A stretch of 64,000 bases of DNA from Octopus bimaculoides (GCF_001194135.2 NC_068990.1:36087353-36151352), one strand, 5' to 3'; shown: positions 11,599 through 24,819, numbered from the stretch's first letter. Translations and numbers: made by a program. The notes: generated from the letters alone by a model not told the origin.

Positions 11599-12147
11599 NN
11601 NNNNNNNNNNNNNNNNNNNNNNNNNNNNNNNNNNNNNNNNNNNNNNNNNNNNNNNNNNNNNNNNNNNNNNNNNNNNNNNNNNNNNNNNNNNNNNNNNNNN
11701 NNNNNNNNNNNNNNNNNNNNNNNNNNNNNNNNNNNNNNNNNNNNNNNNNNNNNNNNNNNNNNNNNNNNNNNNNNNNNNNNNNNNNNNNNNNNNNNNNNNN
11801 NNNNNNNNNNNNNNNNNNNNNNNNNNNNNNNNNNNNNNNNNNNNNNNNNNNNNNNNNNNNNNNNNNNNNNNNNNNNNNNNNNNNNNNNNNNNNNNNNNNN
11901 NNNNNNNNNNNNNNNNNNNNNNNNNNNNNNNNNNNNNNNNNNNNNNNNNNNNNNNNNNNNNNNNNNNNNNNNNNNNNNNNNNNNNNNNNNNNNNNNNNNN
12001 NNNNNNNNNNNNNNNNNNNNNNNNNNNNNNNNNNNNNNNNNNNNNNNNNNNNNNNNNNNNNNNNNNNNNNNNNNNNNNNNNNNNNNNNNNNNNNNNNNNN
12101 NNNNNNNNNNNNNNNNNNNNNNNNNNNNNNNNNNNNNNNNNNNNNNN

Positions 12148-12189
<42 letters not shown>

Positions 12190-12583
12190 GCACATATACA
12201 TATATGTATAACGAAAATAATCAAAATATAAACTAGAGTAAATAATAATCTTTTAATGATAAAATGATAATAGCTGCAATTAAAACTGTGATTTTAAACC
12301 ATCTTTAGTCTGAGTTTCAGTTATCACATTTCTCCATAACAAAAATATGTTATAAATTACAGGCTTATATAAGCCTAATATATTATGAATTCTCCGCTTC
12401 TAAAATTTAAAATATACACTCAAGATTTCAAATATTGTAATAGAGCAAGTAACTGACAACGAGGCATACATATCTACTGGTATGTATGCCACTATTGTCT
12501 TATATCCTCATTGTATTTAGTACTCTAAAATCTGAATATTTAGTTCAAAATTTAAATATTTTAAACGTTAGATCTTACGCTTA

Positions 12584-12672
12584 TTTGCAAATCTTGCCAC
12601 TGAAATCTACTATGACGGATAGAGAATCAAAAGTGTTGTACAAGCTTTTGTCACTTCAGACGAATAAGGCAG
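12584..12672 (+). repeat. 89-bp direct repeat, copy 2
   Basis: Matches 10195-10283. Confidence 0.95.
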
Positions 12673-12756
12673 CGGTTATGTTTTAGAATCTTCGCGTTTA
12701 TAACCCTTTGAGTTGGACAAATATATATACTTGATTAAGCCTATAAATTTTAGTTT

Positions 12757-13003
12757 GTTTCAAATTTTGGCACAAGACGAGCAATTTTAGAGAGAAGGTC
12801 GACACTAATTTTCAGACATAAGTATAGGCAATGAGTGTGGGCTGAGTGGAGATAGCGACTGAGAGATTCGTCTTGGCACTTCATTCTTTTTACCTCGAAA
12901 GGATGAAAGGCAAAGTTAACCACATTGGTTTTCGAATTCGGAACTTAAAGAGCCGGAAGAAACGCCACTGAGCATTTTGTCCGACGCTCAAACGACTTTT
13001 GCC
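12757..13003 (-). mobile_element. Diverged Nin/Deu-like SINE interrupted by a 67-bp insertion at 12810-12876
   Basis: Tail tttcaaattttggcacaag at 12757, core cgaaaggatgaaaggcaaagt at about 12897, head remnant agcattttgtccg; the insert duplicates 13285-13351. Confidence 0.7.
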
Positions 13004-13972
13004 CAAAAGTTTAAATCGCACGAAAAAGAGAAAAAATCGGCTTTTGGCTCCAGCTGCATCAATATAGAAGTGCGAGCATTGACATAACCGAGGATTATGA
13101 AGTAGGATAGAAGTGGAGTGGATGAATAATCTCAATATAGGAAGTGGAATATATAGTTGAAAGAATGGGAGACCGACTTTCAGCCAAAGTAAATGGAATA
13201 CTTTGTTGAGAACAACCAGATGTAAAAAGTGAGAGACGGATATTGTGGGGTGATATGTGAGTGCAGAAGTTCGAAGCCACCGCCTTTCAGACATAAGTAT
13301 AGGCAACGAGTGTGGGCTGAGTGGAGATAGCGACTGAGAGATTCGTCTTGGAGATGAGGAAATGTAAGAATACAAAACGGAGTCTGTCTGATTCACAATT
13401 TGTAGTTTCTCGTTTATGTTTCTCATGTGACTCAGGAACGTGAATAAGACACTCCGAGTAGCTATTCAGGCAAACTCAGCTTTGAATAAAAATTAAATAT
13501 ATTTATATGAGTGTGTGTGTGTNNNNNNNNNNNNNNNNNNNNNNNNNNNNNNNNNNNNNNNNNNNNNNNNNNNNNNNNNNNNNNNNNNNNNNNNNNNNNN
13601 NNNNNNNNNNNNNTATATATATATATATATGTAAAAACTACACACATTTTTTCTCTCCTTGAACATTTGTAATCTTTTTTTTTATCAAAGTCAAAAATGC
13701 AGTAAATACTACTCATTGTGTCCCCACCCCCTATCAGACTGCTGATGAAAAGTAACTGTTCCGCCCACACACCTTTTCTGCCTCTTCAATCCCCCTTACT
13801 ATTCATTCTATGCTCCTATCAAATAAATAATTTTATATCACACACTCTAGAAACGCGGGGAGAAATGACGATGACATACTCATCATTCCTCCCCGTGTTT
13901 TGCCCTCCACCAGGCCCGGCCACTTACCACTCAACCCAGGTCTTCCGTTCCAGGAAGACTCTTAGCTCTAGA

Positions 13973-14378
13973 TGAAGTATATTTGCCACTTAAATGTGGC
14001 TGACCCGTAAGGGTGGATGTTACTGTTGCTTTTAGCTCCAGGAGAACATCTCCTCCAGCTGACTATTGACACACATCTGTGTCCTCTCTTTGTTTGCATC
14101 GGGATATCTTTCGCATCGAAGGTCGCCGATTGTCGTACTGTCGTACGCTAAGGACGGGTAAATACCCAGAAACTCGAGTCCGTACGTATCGCAGATCAAG
14201 ATGGGAAGGATGACTTCCCTTTGCAAATACAGACAGGACACAGATGTGTGTCAATAGCCAGCTGGAGGAGATGTTCTCCTGGGGCTAAAAGCAACAGTAA
14301 CATCCACCCTTACGGGTCAGCCACATTTAAGTGGCAAATATACTTCACCTTGTCGTGCAGTTACTGTTAATACCTCGT
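13973..14378. mobile_element. Foldback / MITE-like element with 113-bp inverted arms
   Basis: 13973-14085 is the reverse complement of 14235-14347 with 2 mismatches; flanked by a 13-bp direct repeat tcttagctctaga (13960-13972 and 14379-14391). Confidence 0.8.
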
Positions 14379-15199
14379 TCTTAGCTCTAGAGTTATCTTT
14401 ACATTACGTTTTCTTCATAGGCAGATGTCAATATATAGAAATTAAAACTGACCACCAACTATATCAATGTTATTGGTTTACGAGCGACTTGGGCACTCCG
14501 TCTACTTTACACTTAAACATAAGCAAAAATATGCTGCTATTATTGACCTCAGCTCATGGAGATAACGTGGATAAATAGCAGAGCTTCGAACGAAAGTCAT
14601 TCAAAACAAATCTATCCTGGAGCGGATTTAGTACTCATCCAATTATCATTTCAGAAAACAGTGATAAACTCCAGACTTTCTAAATCAATATTCAACTTAT
14701 CAAACTTATTAAACTTAAACTTTTAACTATTTTATGGACGTCAAAAAGATAAAAGCCAATATTTTGTAATATAATTGAACTAGCTAAAAAATAATATAAG
14801 AAAAATACATATTAAAAAAAATAACGCAATGAATAATCTTTTGGTGTTCTGATTTATTGCCCATAACTACCTATCGCTCTATCTATCTATATTTTATAAA
14901 ATTCTTATATTTATGTATTTCTTCCAAAACCTTTCAAGTTTAATTAACAATCATTACCTAGATTTTAATCTAAGTGCATAAAATAGAACCTCTAATGGAA
15001 TGTTCTGGTTTTGGTGTTTAAATAGAGAATTATTGATCATAAAATTATTGTAAACTTAGCAACGGGTAGTATAAAGCCATCTTCTCATGTGTAACAGCCC
15101 ATATTTTATAAATGCACGCGCACATAACCACATATATACACTTACATTCATAGACCTATATACATACACATAGACTCACAGACATATATATATATATGC

Positions 15200-15249
<50 letters not shown>

Positions 15250-15457
15250 NNNNNNNNNNTGCATTCATTTATGTGATGTATATATGTAAAGCTAGATATA
15301 TACACATACACATGCGTATATGTTTATTCATATTCATGTAATATATGTATATATATACATACATGTATATGTGTATGCATGTATGTAAAAATATATGTAT
15401 GTATGTATGTATGAACATATATACTTATATATGCATGCACTTAAAAATACATGTATG

Positions 15458-15499
<42 letters not shown>

Positions 15500-15646
15500 A
15501 TTGGGATGTCCGTAAAAATTGCATACACACACTGAATAATTGTAAAGTTAGTATTTATCAAACAGTATGTAAAAATATATGTATGTATATATGTATGTAT
15601 GAACATATATACTTATATATGCATGCACGTAAAAATACATGTATAG

Positions 15647-15693
<47 letters not shown>

Positions 15694-15707
15694 TGCGTGT
15701 GTTTCTA

Positions 15708-16852
15708 AATGGGATGTCCGTAAAAATTGCATACACACACTGAATAATTGTAAAGTTAGTATTTATCAAAATACATTTCGTTTTCAAAATTTAATTGACT
15801 CTACTGACAGAATTTAACTTTTTATTTCGTTCGGTATTTGTGCGCATTCTTGTTCAATGGCTGCCCTCAGTTTGTCGACTGTTGCCGTTGTTGCACCATT
15901 TTTTTTTTCTTTTAGAATCCCAATAGAAAAGTCTGGTGATATGAAATCCGATAAACGCAGAAGTTATTCAACTGAACCTCTTCATCAAAACGATCTGTAA
16001 ACAAAATTTCATCAAGGTAGATCCTTACGTTACAATGACAGTGTTGGTGTTCGCCATCTTGCTAGAATTAAAATTATTCATCTCCAAAGTTCCCTTGCAT
16101 GCTTAACATTACAGATTGTTTCAACAGGTTCAATTAAATGGAATCAGTCACAGTACTATTAACAAAATGGTTCGCTTACTCTTTTTGATGATTAATCGCA
16201 CCACACTGTAACTTCTGGAATATTATCATGATGTCCTTCCGTAATACATATATTCTCAGGTCACCAGTAGGTGCAAATGAGGCAGTTAACTGAACTATTT
16301 GATTTTAACATAGCCTCATCACTCCAAACAATCTTTGTTAGAAAGTGTGCAGTTACATAACTCACAAAGTACCATTCACAAACATGCACTCTACAATCCG
16401 GATCATCATTGTGAGTATAGACTTTTCTTGGAACATAATCTTTCCAATGATAGCGCTTCAAAACGTGATAAACACTTGAATTTTTAACTTCTTATCTTAA
16501 AACTTGCATGCCGCACGGATTTTCTTGAACTCTGGCAATATCTTACTTGTACATTTTCTGGCTTTTGTGGGCTCGTCAATATCACGGTATTCCGGAACGT
16601 CTCATGTGGCCATTCGGAACGGTTCCATCGGCTTCAGATTTATCTTTAAATTGTGTGAAGCTGTTTAAAACATCCTCCTAAGCTGATTGCGTTTACAAAC
16701 CTTCAGGAGCAGTTTAGCAAAGCTTTTCTTTGTTCAGGGCATATCTGGATCATTCTGCTATTCCTGATTCGGTTAATCTAAAAAGAAATGAAACTGAAAT
16801 GAGTTATCAGCTGTTAAATTGTATATACATTATTTTGGGACACCCTATACAT
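15708..16852 (-). mobile_element. Decayed Tc1/mariner-superfamily transposon
   Basis: Minus-strand peptides CRVHVCEW...FLTKIVWSDEA...NSSVNCLICTYW and QDG..HCHCNVRIYLDE; TIR-like ends gggatgtccgtaaaaattgcata (~15710) and tatagggtgtcccaaaataatgta (reverse complement, ~16852). Confidence 0.85.
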
Positions 16853-16999
16853 ACATACACACACATGCACACACACATACACACTCACATACACACACAC
16901 GCATATATATATGCACATACGTTTATAGAAAACAAACAAGAGCAAGGACTACTCTTCAGGTAATGTACATTTTATATTTGTTTCGAAGAAATTGATTGT

Positions 17000-17620
17000 C
17001 ACATCTGGCACCCCGAGCTTCATGTACGTACGTTCAGGTAATAACTTATGAATTAATAATGCATCACAGTTTACTGATTAAAACGTGTCAGGTGTTTGAA
17101 TGTGTAGTGTGTCAAAAATATAATTATTTACTGACAAAACTTTTATGGTGTAACTGAAAGCACAATGTGTAGCTACACTGTAGCGCTAATTGAATCTCTT
17201 GACGGTTTATTTAGATCGGTATTTGTGGAGTAGATCCCGATCTGTGGTTAATGTTTCCAGGCGAATTTTGACAATAGAGTGGAGTTTTTCCGTCTCGCAT
17301 GACCTGAAAGAGAGTAGGTTCTAGCAGCATTGGTTATACATGCATTTGCCGTGAGCTTCGTTACATTGCCGCCCAAAGGTATTATAAATGTTCTTTATGT
17401 CACTGCTTTGAAAAATCAAAATTTTTTTGCGTGTGCATGTGGAAAGGGACTTCTGAAGTTACAAGTGGCTATTAGGTTAGTGACGACTGTCTTAATGGGA
17501 ATTTTCAGTAATAGTGGTTGACCTCCGAAGGGATATTATCCACGCAGGTGTAATTGATCTTAACGTCATTGGTGTTAAAGCGTTTAATGTACTGTTTAAA
17601 TTGAAATTATCATACACTGA
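17000..17620 (-). pseudogene. Penelope-like element remnant (region leading into the GIY-YIG endonuclease)
   Basis: Minus-strand YIKRFNTNDVKINYTCVDNI (cf. KIFNRNTVKISYSC-type motif), TCNFR, and RRKNSTLLSKFAWK (cf. KNSTELSKYIW-type motif); stops present. Confidence 0.6.
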
Positions 17621-19950
17621 TAAACGCTTGCTGAAAATTTTAGTGATTACATTCTCACAAACACAGGCACTGTTGAGGAATCCAATACTATCATCAGTGC
17701 ATGCTGCAGCCTCTTTTATTATTATTCATTTTCTCTCTGCGATTTTTCTTTTCCTTTAATTCTTTACTGTTGTTTCCCCTCTTTTCTTTCTTTCTATCTC
17801 TAATAGCTAAGTACTGAGCCCTTTAAGTTCAAAACACCTGAAATAGCACTTTAAAAAAAGTACTGACTCTATTGATTCCAAGTAACCTTTTCAAACATTT
17901 CCGAATTGTCTAAGAAACCCAAGATGTACATTTGATGTAAAATTCCATCTAGATGACAAGCCCAAAGCTAAACTTGGTAACATACTAGTGGATTTTAAAT
18001 ATAATACTCTATACTACACATTGAGTACTTATATTTTGTTTCTGAATACAGTAATGTACATATATTTACTTACTATATAAAGTTTTCTGCATTAACTGAG
18101 TTGTGGTACTGGTTCAAGAATATTACTCCAGTGAATTTCTTAAAGAAAACCTTTCCATTACACAATTAGTATACTAAAAGCCACACGTTGAAGAGAAATT
18201 TCGTGTAACGAATACTCTGGAATAATTCTGGAAGAAAATGAAATTGGAATTAAAATTACCATGAGAATAAACTGGGTTTTTCAAAATTTTAAATTTTTCC
18301 TTCAAAACATTTAATTGAGCCAAATGAAACAAGCCTCTTTATGTTGGTTAGAAAAATATGTCTCAAAATCTCACAAAGGAATTTCTGCTCGAAATGTTTA
18401 AGACAGTCTAAAAACTTTCAATGACTAACATCATTGTGTGCAGACAAAGCAAAAATAAGAAACTGTATGAGATAAACCATTCTGCACACCAATCATTTCT
18501 GTCAACTATTATCACAAACTTTTATTTCAAAAACAACAGCAACACATTAAATTTTTTTTTTTAATCTCTAGATAATTGTAGTTGCTATTTTTTCAACTTT
18601 CTTTTTCATCGCTATTAACTAATCCAACTCTCCACACAGTTCCTTTCTTTTCTTTTTCATTCATATTTTTTACATGCTCTCATTTTAGTTTATCCCTTTT
18701 TAAAGTTTTTTTTCTTTTTCTTTTTTATCCTTTTATCCGTTTATCCACTTTGGTTCTTTCTTTTCTTATATCCGTTACAATTTTTTTTTTTGTCCAAGAA
18801 CTTCTATATCACGACTTTTTACAAACGCTAATTCTATCGATTCTCAACAACCAAACAAATTACGCATTTACTTCCAAAATATTTTGTGACTTCCCAAAGG
18901 AACCTAAATTATATAAATAGATATATGTTCTTTGTTAAATCAATACCGGTTTATGAGCCGAAAGGCAAAACTAGGAATCACTATACTGAAGTTTCAGCTT
19001 CTATTAAATTTGTGTACATATACGTGCGCGCNNNNNNNNNNTATATATATATATATATATATACGTTGTCTCTTTATATTGCTGAAGTATATTGATTGAA
19101 TTCAAGGTAAAACTAATTATATTTTCTTCCGCGGCCAATGAATGAGAGAGAAATATATTATCACATAGAATGCGTGATTGTATGGCTAGTAAGTTTCCTA
19201 AACTACTACACGCTACCTATTCCATCTACGTGTGCATTCTAACTTATCCTACGGCCGATCAAAACTTTCTCGGGAAAAACAGAGAGCCAGAAGCCGTGCC
19301 CGTTGGAGGGCGGTAAATTTAATAGTCACCTGATTTACCATCAACAGGCTCTTGTGTACTTTTAGTGGGATTCACACAGTTGCAAGCCTTCGAACTTACT
19401 CTCAGTTCAGAGGACATCATATTCTTGTTATCTGCTTTCCATTTCAGCAACTCGTGATAAATGATTTCAATTCCCGTTTTTTTCCCACCAACTAAAACAA
19501 AAAGCCTTGCTAAAAGTCCCATAGCGGTGATCTTGCATAAACCAGGGGGAAACAATATATTTTACCATTATCTGAAAGGTTTTCGATGTAGCTTGAAGTT
19601 TTATTATCTTCATAACACTCAGAATAACATTTTGCATCTTTTAGACAGGGGGGAAAGAAGTGACCATGAGCCGTTATAAGGCCTCCGACGCTACTGGAAA
19701 GGAGGATATATTATAAAAGTTAAGAATGGCCCTAATGCTGACAACATAGTGGACTCTGCTAAAGGGGCTTAAGGTGCCAGGTAATGTTGTTAAGCAGGAT
19801 AATGAGTTAAATCTATCACTGAAGTAGACCATTTCAAGATTTTGAACTCTAAACACAAAATACTTGAACAAATACCACAAAAGTTTCCCGTCAGACGTTC
19901 TTACTGTTCTACTAATCTACCGCCTTGGATTGATACCTTCTTTTTTCCAA

Positions 19951-20071
19951 GCCTTGAAAGAAAAAGGGCAAAATTGACCTTGACGAGATTTGAACGCAGA
20001 TCATAGACAGCCTCACAAAATACTTCAAAATATTCTGTCCGTTGATCTCATGTCCCCGCAGATTCGCCGCC
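19951..20071 (-). mobile_element. Highly diverged Nin/Deu-like SINE fragment
   Basis: gggcaaaattgacct...gatttgaacgcag...gattcgccgcc matches the family head and core in reverse orientation. Confidence 0.6.
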
Positions 20072-20635
20072 TGGGAATAAAAGACTTGTTAGTTGGGCAG
20101 TGAGATTGAATGCAAACAATTCCTCTACTGCCTGTGGTCCAGAGAATTTCGTAATATAAATGATGAAAATTCTTTACTTCTACTCAATGAATGGAAACCG
20201 ACCTACGGATGCAACAAGTTTCCTGCTAATACAACATTTTACGGCCTACACTTTCATACATTAGTGAGATTTAAGGATACTTTAAGATTTTTTTTTCCAT
20301 TTACCGCTATTTCGTGCTCTTCATTATTACCTTTTTATATTTATATATTTATATATTAATTCAAATAGAATATTTCACTTTCAGTAATGGTTCATGCGAT
20401 ATTTCTGTGTGCGTGTAGGTGTTTTATTACTGTTGATAATATTGTGATGTTGTCATTCTTCATGTTATTTTGATGTTATTGTTACTGTTGTCATAATGAT
20501 TTTTGCATTGTTTTCCATAGAATTCTATATATTGTTTCATCAGTCGTTCTCTAAATATGTCTGGAAATCTGCTTCAATTGCAACGCCTTCTCACATCTAA
20601 ACTGTACTAATGTATTATGCATGTATGTACGTGTG

Positions 20636-20682
<47 letters not shown>

Positions 20683-21869
20683 GTGTGTGTACATATGTAT
20701 GTACGTGTGTGTGTATGTATGTATATATGTATATACGTACGAACGCAGATATATAGAGCGATGGACAGACAGGCAGAGAGACAGATACGTAATTATGTAT
20801 GAAATTTTGCGTATAGATATTAAATACATTATATACAGAATTATTTTACATGTTTACAAGTATACACTTATTTCATTAATATAACATTATGTTCTGTGAG
20901 TGTGTGAATGTGTGCGTCTGCCTGTGTGTATTTATACTTATACGAACACAGATGATTATGCACAGTTTTTAAACATAGAAACCTAAAGCTGCATACTATA
21001 TCTCTTATATATATGTATATATGTAAGTACTTACGCATGTACGAGCATACATACATACATACATACATATGTACATACATACATATACATACATAACATA
21101 TACATGTAAAATGTAAGTGGAACTCATTCAAACATTTAACTATTTAGCTTTACTGAGAACCTTCAAACGTAACAGCAACAACATTCGTAGCAACTTTTAC
21201 GTTGCTTTAATGGTGGATATATTTTTTTCATGTTGTCTCCCTTTCCCGTTCTACGTTATTTTTGCTATTGAAAGCTCTCACAACTCAAAACCGTTTGTGT
21301 GTTTATCATTTTATCTATGTATTCATTGTTCCTTTAGTTTTATCCTTTTATTATTAACATTTTTGTTATTATTGTTATTAATATTATTATTATTGTTGTT
21401 GTTAATATTATTATTGTTATTACTATTATCATAATTGTAGTATTTTTTTCTTTCTTTAATCTCACATTACATTTTTAGATAAGGACATTTTTGAAAGCTT
21501 AAATACTATTACCAAAATATCTATAAAATATAAAAGAATAAATAAATCGGAAAATATAGAAACAAAAGAAAAAGAAAACAAACTAAATCTTAATGTTTCC
21601 ATTAAATTTCCTATCAACACATGATGATATATCAAATATATATATTTTGTGCGCGCGTACATATATACATACATGCATGCATGTATATATATACATATAT
21701 ATAGGTGTGTATGTGTTACCGTAAGCAGATGCATACGTACAAACACATAGATAAATACACACACACTCACATACACATACACACACATACATGACTGAAT
21801 ACGAGTGAGAGAAAGGTGCATTGAGATATGAGGAGAGAGTGGGTGATACGAAAAATATAAGAAAGTGTA

Positions 21870-21923
<54 letters not shown>

Positions 21924-22264
21924 TGTGTATGTATGCTCATACATGCGTCTGTAATTGTGTGTCTTTTGTAGGTATATGTGTAGATAAGCATTTATGTATG
22001 TGTGTGCCTTTGCGAGTTCATATATGGTTATACATGTATACATGCGTGTGTGTCTGTGTATCTGTGTCTATGGTATGCGTCTGTGTGTATGTGTAATGCG
22101 TGTGTATTATAATCAATACTCTATACTACATTAATATCAAGAAGGGAAGACGTTTTACAATTTCATTTTAGCCATTTTTCTAAGGAAAAATGGATTTATT
22201 TTTATTGAAAAAGCTTATTTCCTTATTTTAAAAACTTAATGGTTGTCTTTATTTTGTCTTATTG

Positions 22265-22352
22265 TTTTGCCTTATCATTATCATCATCGTCGTCATCTGC
22301 ATCCTCCTCATCATCATCCTAATCATCATCATTGACTTCGTCATCATCGTTG

Positions 22353-22393
<41 letters not shown>

Positions 22394-22620
22394 TTTGTCG
22401 TCACCACCATCATGTTATTTTATTCTCCTCTTAGTATTTTTTCTTTCTTCTATTCTTTTCATATTATTTTGTTTTTTGTTGTTAATTTATTTTATTTTTT
22501 AAAACTTGTTTACATTCTTCTTTTGTTTAAATCCTGTTTGTTTCTATGTTGTCAATTGTTAGTGGTTCTTGTTGTTGTTATCATCGTTGATTTTGTTGTT
22601 CTTATTCTTCTTCTTCCATT
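22265..22620. repeat. (ATC)n and TTG/TTC low-complexity tract
   Basis: Direct reading. Confidence 0.9.
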
Positions 22621-23471
22621 TCTCTTCCACTTTCTCTTAGCTCCATCTGCTCCACTTAAAAAATAACACAAATATTAGAATATTTGATGAGATAAGTAAT
22701 GTTGAAATGTGCACACCTTAATGTCAACGTTACTTATGTCATTTCCTCTTCTCCCCTTCCTTCACCCACATTTCGTTTTGTTTTACCCCAAAACTATTTC
22801 GGTTAATGGCCTTATTTACTTTGATGCCGAGTGAAAGTCTCTTCATTTACGTTGTAAATTATTTACAAGAACTTTATACATTTCGGTTCACTTCTCTTTA
22901 AATTCTTCCCTATTACATCTTGCTGTGTTGCCAAATTCCCTTTATTCAAATAACCTTCGTTATTGGTTGCTAACTCTATTTTATTGAAAACGATTTTACG
23001 AATTGATTTACCATCTCAACAAACTCGCTAAAATATAGCAAAAAGCAGCGACAAACGAATTTGATATGCGCTATTTCATTGATATTATCTGAGATAAGAT
23101 GAATGTAAAGATATAAACTATATTTTTTAACGTCATTTGAGGTACGAAATATCAAGGATAGGTGATTCTTACGCGACAGGCGTATATGCCATAGCCAGAT
23201 ATTAGTAAGGTTCCATATCTACGCTTTCCAAAGTAGGTGTTGCCAAAATTCAAGGACAAGTAATACTATAGTACATGGAGATTATTATACCCTTTTGACG
23301 CCAACTTGCTCGAGACTGCCATTGGATTTACGATACAGGGTTGAAACAATGTTCTTCTTACGATGTAGCGCAATGCACTGGTGAAATGCGGAGTCTTTAA
23401 AATTATAATTCAATTCCTTAGAAATTACCTACGAAAGCTTGTGCGTTATTTACAATGCTGTTAAACGTATA

Positions 23472-24778
23472 TGCAAGGTGCGTTCAAAATGTATCCGACT
23501 TTATTTTTTTCCCACCAAAACTAATGCCACGCAGTCAAAATCATTTGGTGTGTACATGACACCATCCTTCCTGCGCATGTGTGAAATTTTTGCGCCAATA
23601 CGCAGCGTCAGTTCCAGGTTGTTACGCATAGAATACAGACTTGTAGCGAGCGCTCGTCGGATTTTCATTTACATCGAACACGTCGAGCAGAGATATTGCA
23701 TCAAGGTTTGACAAAAGCCTTGTGATACTCAAGCTCAAACCACCCAGAAGATTCGGCAGGCCATTAGCGATGATGCCATGGACAAAACTCGGATCAAAGA
23801 GTGGTACACCGACTTCAAACATGGCCGTACCTCAGAGGAAGTTGAGGCATGCTCAGGCAGGCCATCTACAAACTAAAACGTGAAGCCGATTTAGAAAGTA
23901 CGGTGAATATCCATGGGAGAACGTCGTTTTACAATCCAAGAAATTGCGCACAAAGTAGGAATAAGCTCAGGATCAGTGCATTATATTGGGTCATCCCACT
24001 AATAATGCGGTTTTTTTATATCACTCTTATTTTCTAAAATTAAGATAAACAAAGTTATTTTCTTATCTAAAATATACTCTCTTTTATTTTCTACAATGCT
24101 CTTCCATCTTTCTGCTAGACTTGCAAGGCCCCTCTTCCAGAATTCACTTATCCGTGACGAAAAATACTCCCCCAGTACTGTTCTGACCTCGTCTACAGAA
24201 TTCATATTTTTTCTGTCCAAGACGATGCTGGTCTTCTAGGCTGTAGTTTCCTGCTCGGAATTTCTGGAACCATTGTTGACATTGGCTAACGCTTTTTGTC
24301 GGATCCCCATATATTGCATTGATATTCCTCGCACTTTCCGTTGCGTTATTGCCTTTATTGAACTTATAAAGCAAAATATGCCGAATATGTTCCTTTGTCA
24401 CGTCCAATATAGCTTTGAAAAAATAACTTTTAAAATCGAACTGCACTCTACAAAACTTGCACTAAGAATAAGGACAAAATAAAATACAGCCTGCTTTTGT
24501 AGCAAGTTGATGCAGGTAGTGTATCTCGTCCTCCACCACCTTTTAGTTTATGCAATTGAAAAAAACACACATTATTTATGGGATGATCCAATATTTTAAC
24601 GGGGGATGTATGCATGCAAAAACTGTCTGCGAAATTTGATTCCAAGGTGCTGGTGGAGCAGCAGAAGCAACTCCGCACGCATGGAAATCGCTCAGGATAT
24701 GCTGGACTGTGCAAATCCTGATCCAGACTTCATGAAGACCACCCTGACTATGGATAAGACATGTGTTTATGGTCTCTG
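23472..24778 (+). mobile_element. Mariner transposon remnant (host element), interrupted at a TA by a second mariner and 3'-truncated
   Basis: TIR-like caaggtgcgttcaaaatgtatccgac; EQRYCIK..KIRQAISDDAM..IKEWY..FKHGRTS..SGRPST, RFTIQEIAHKVGISSGSVHY, resuming ILTGD..SAKF..EIAQDMLDCAN.DPDFMKT after 24593. Confidence 0.9.
23986..24591 (-). mobile_element. Internally deleted mariner nested in the host mariner
   Basis: TIRs ttgggtcatcccactaataatgcggttttt / aaaaacacacattatttatgggatgatccaa; TA on both sides; minus-strand KEHIRHILLYKFNKGNNATESARNINAIYG..WFQKFRAGNYSLED fused to C-terminal FWKRGLASLAERWKSIVEN. Confidence 0.92.
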
Positions 24779-24782
24779 CTCG

Positions 24783-24819
<37 letters not shown>

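Noticed and set aside
12890-13426. 178-aa minus-strand ORF
   Set aside because: It spans a SINE fragment and a probable repeat remnant; no domain recognised.
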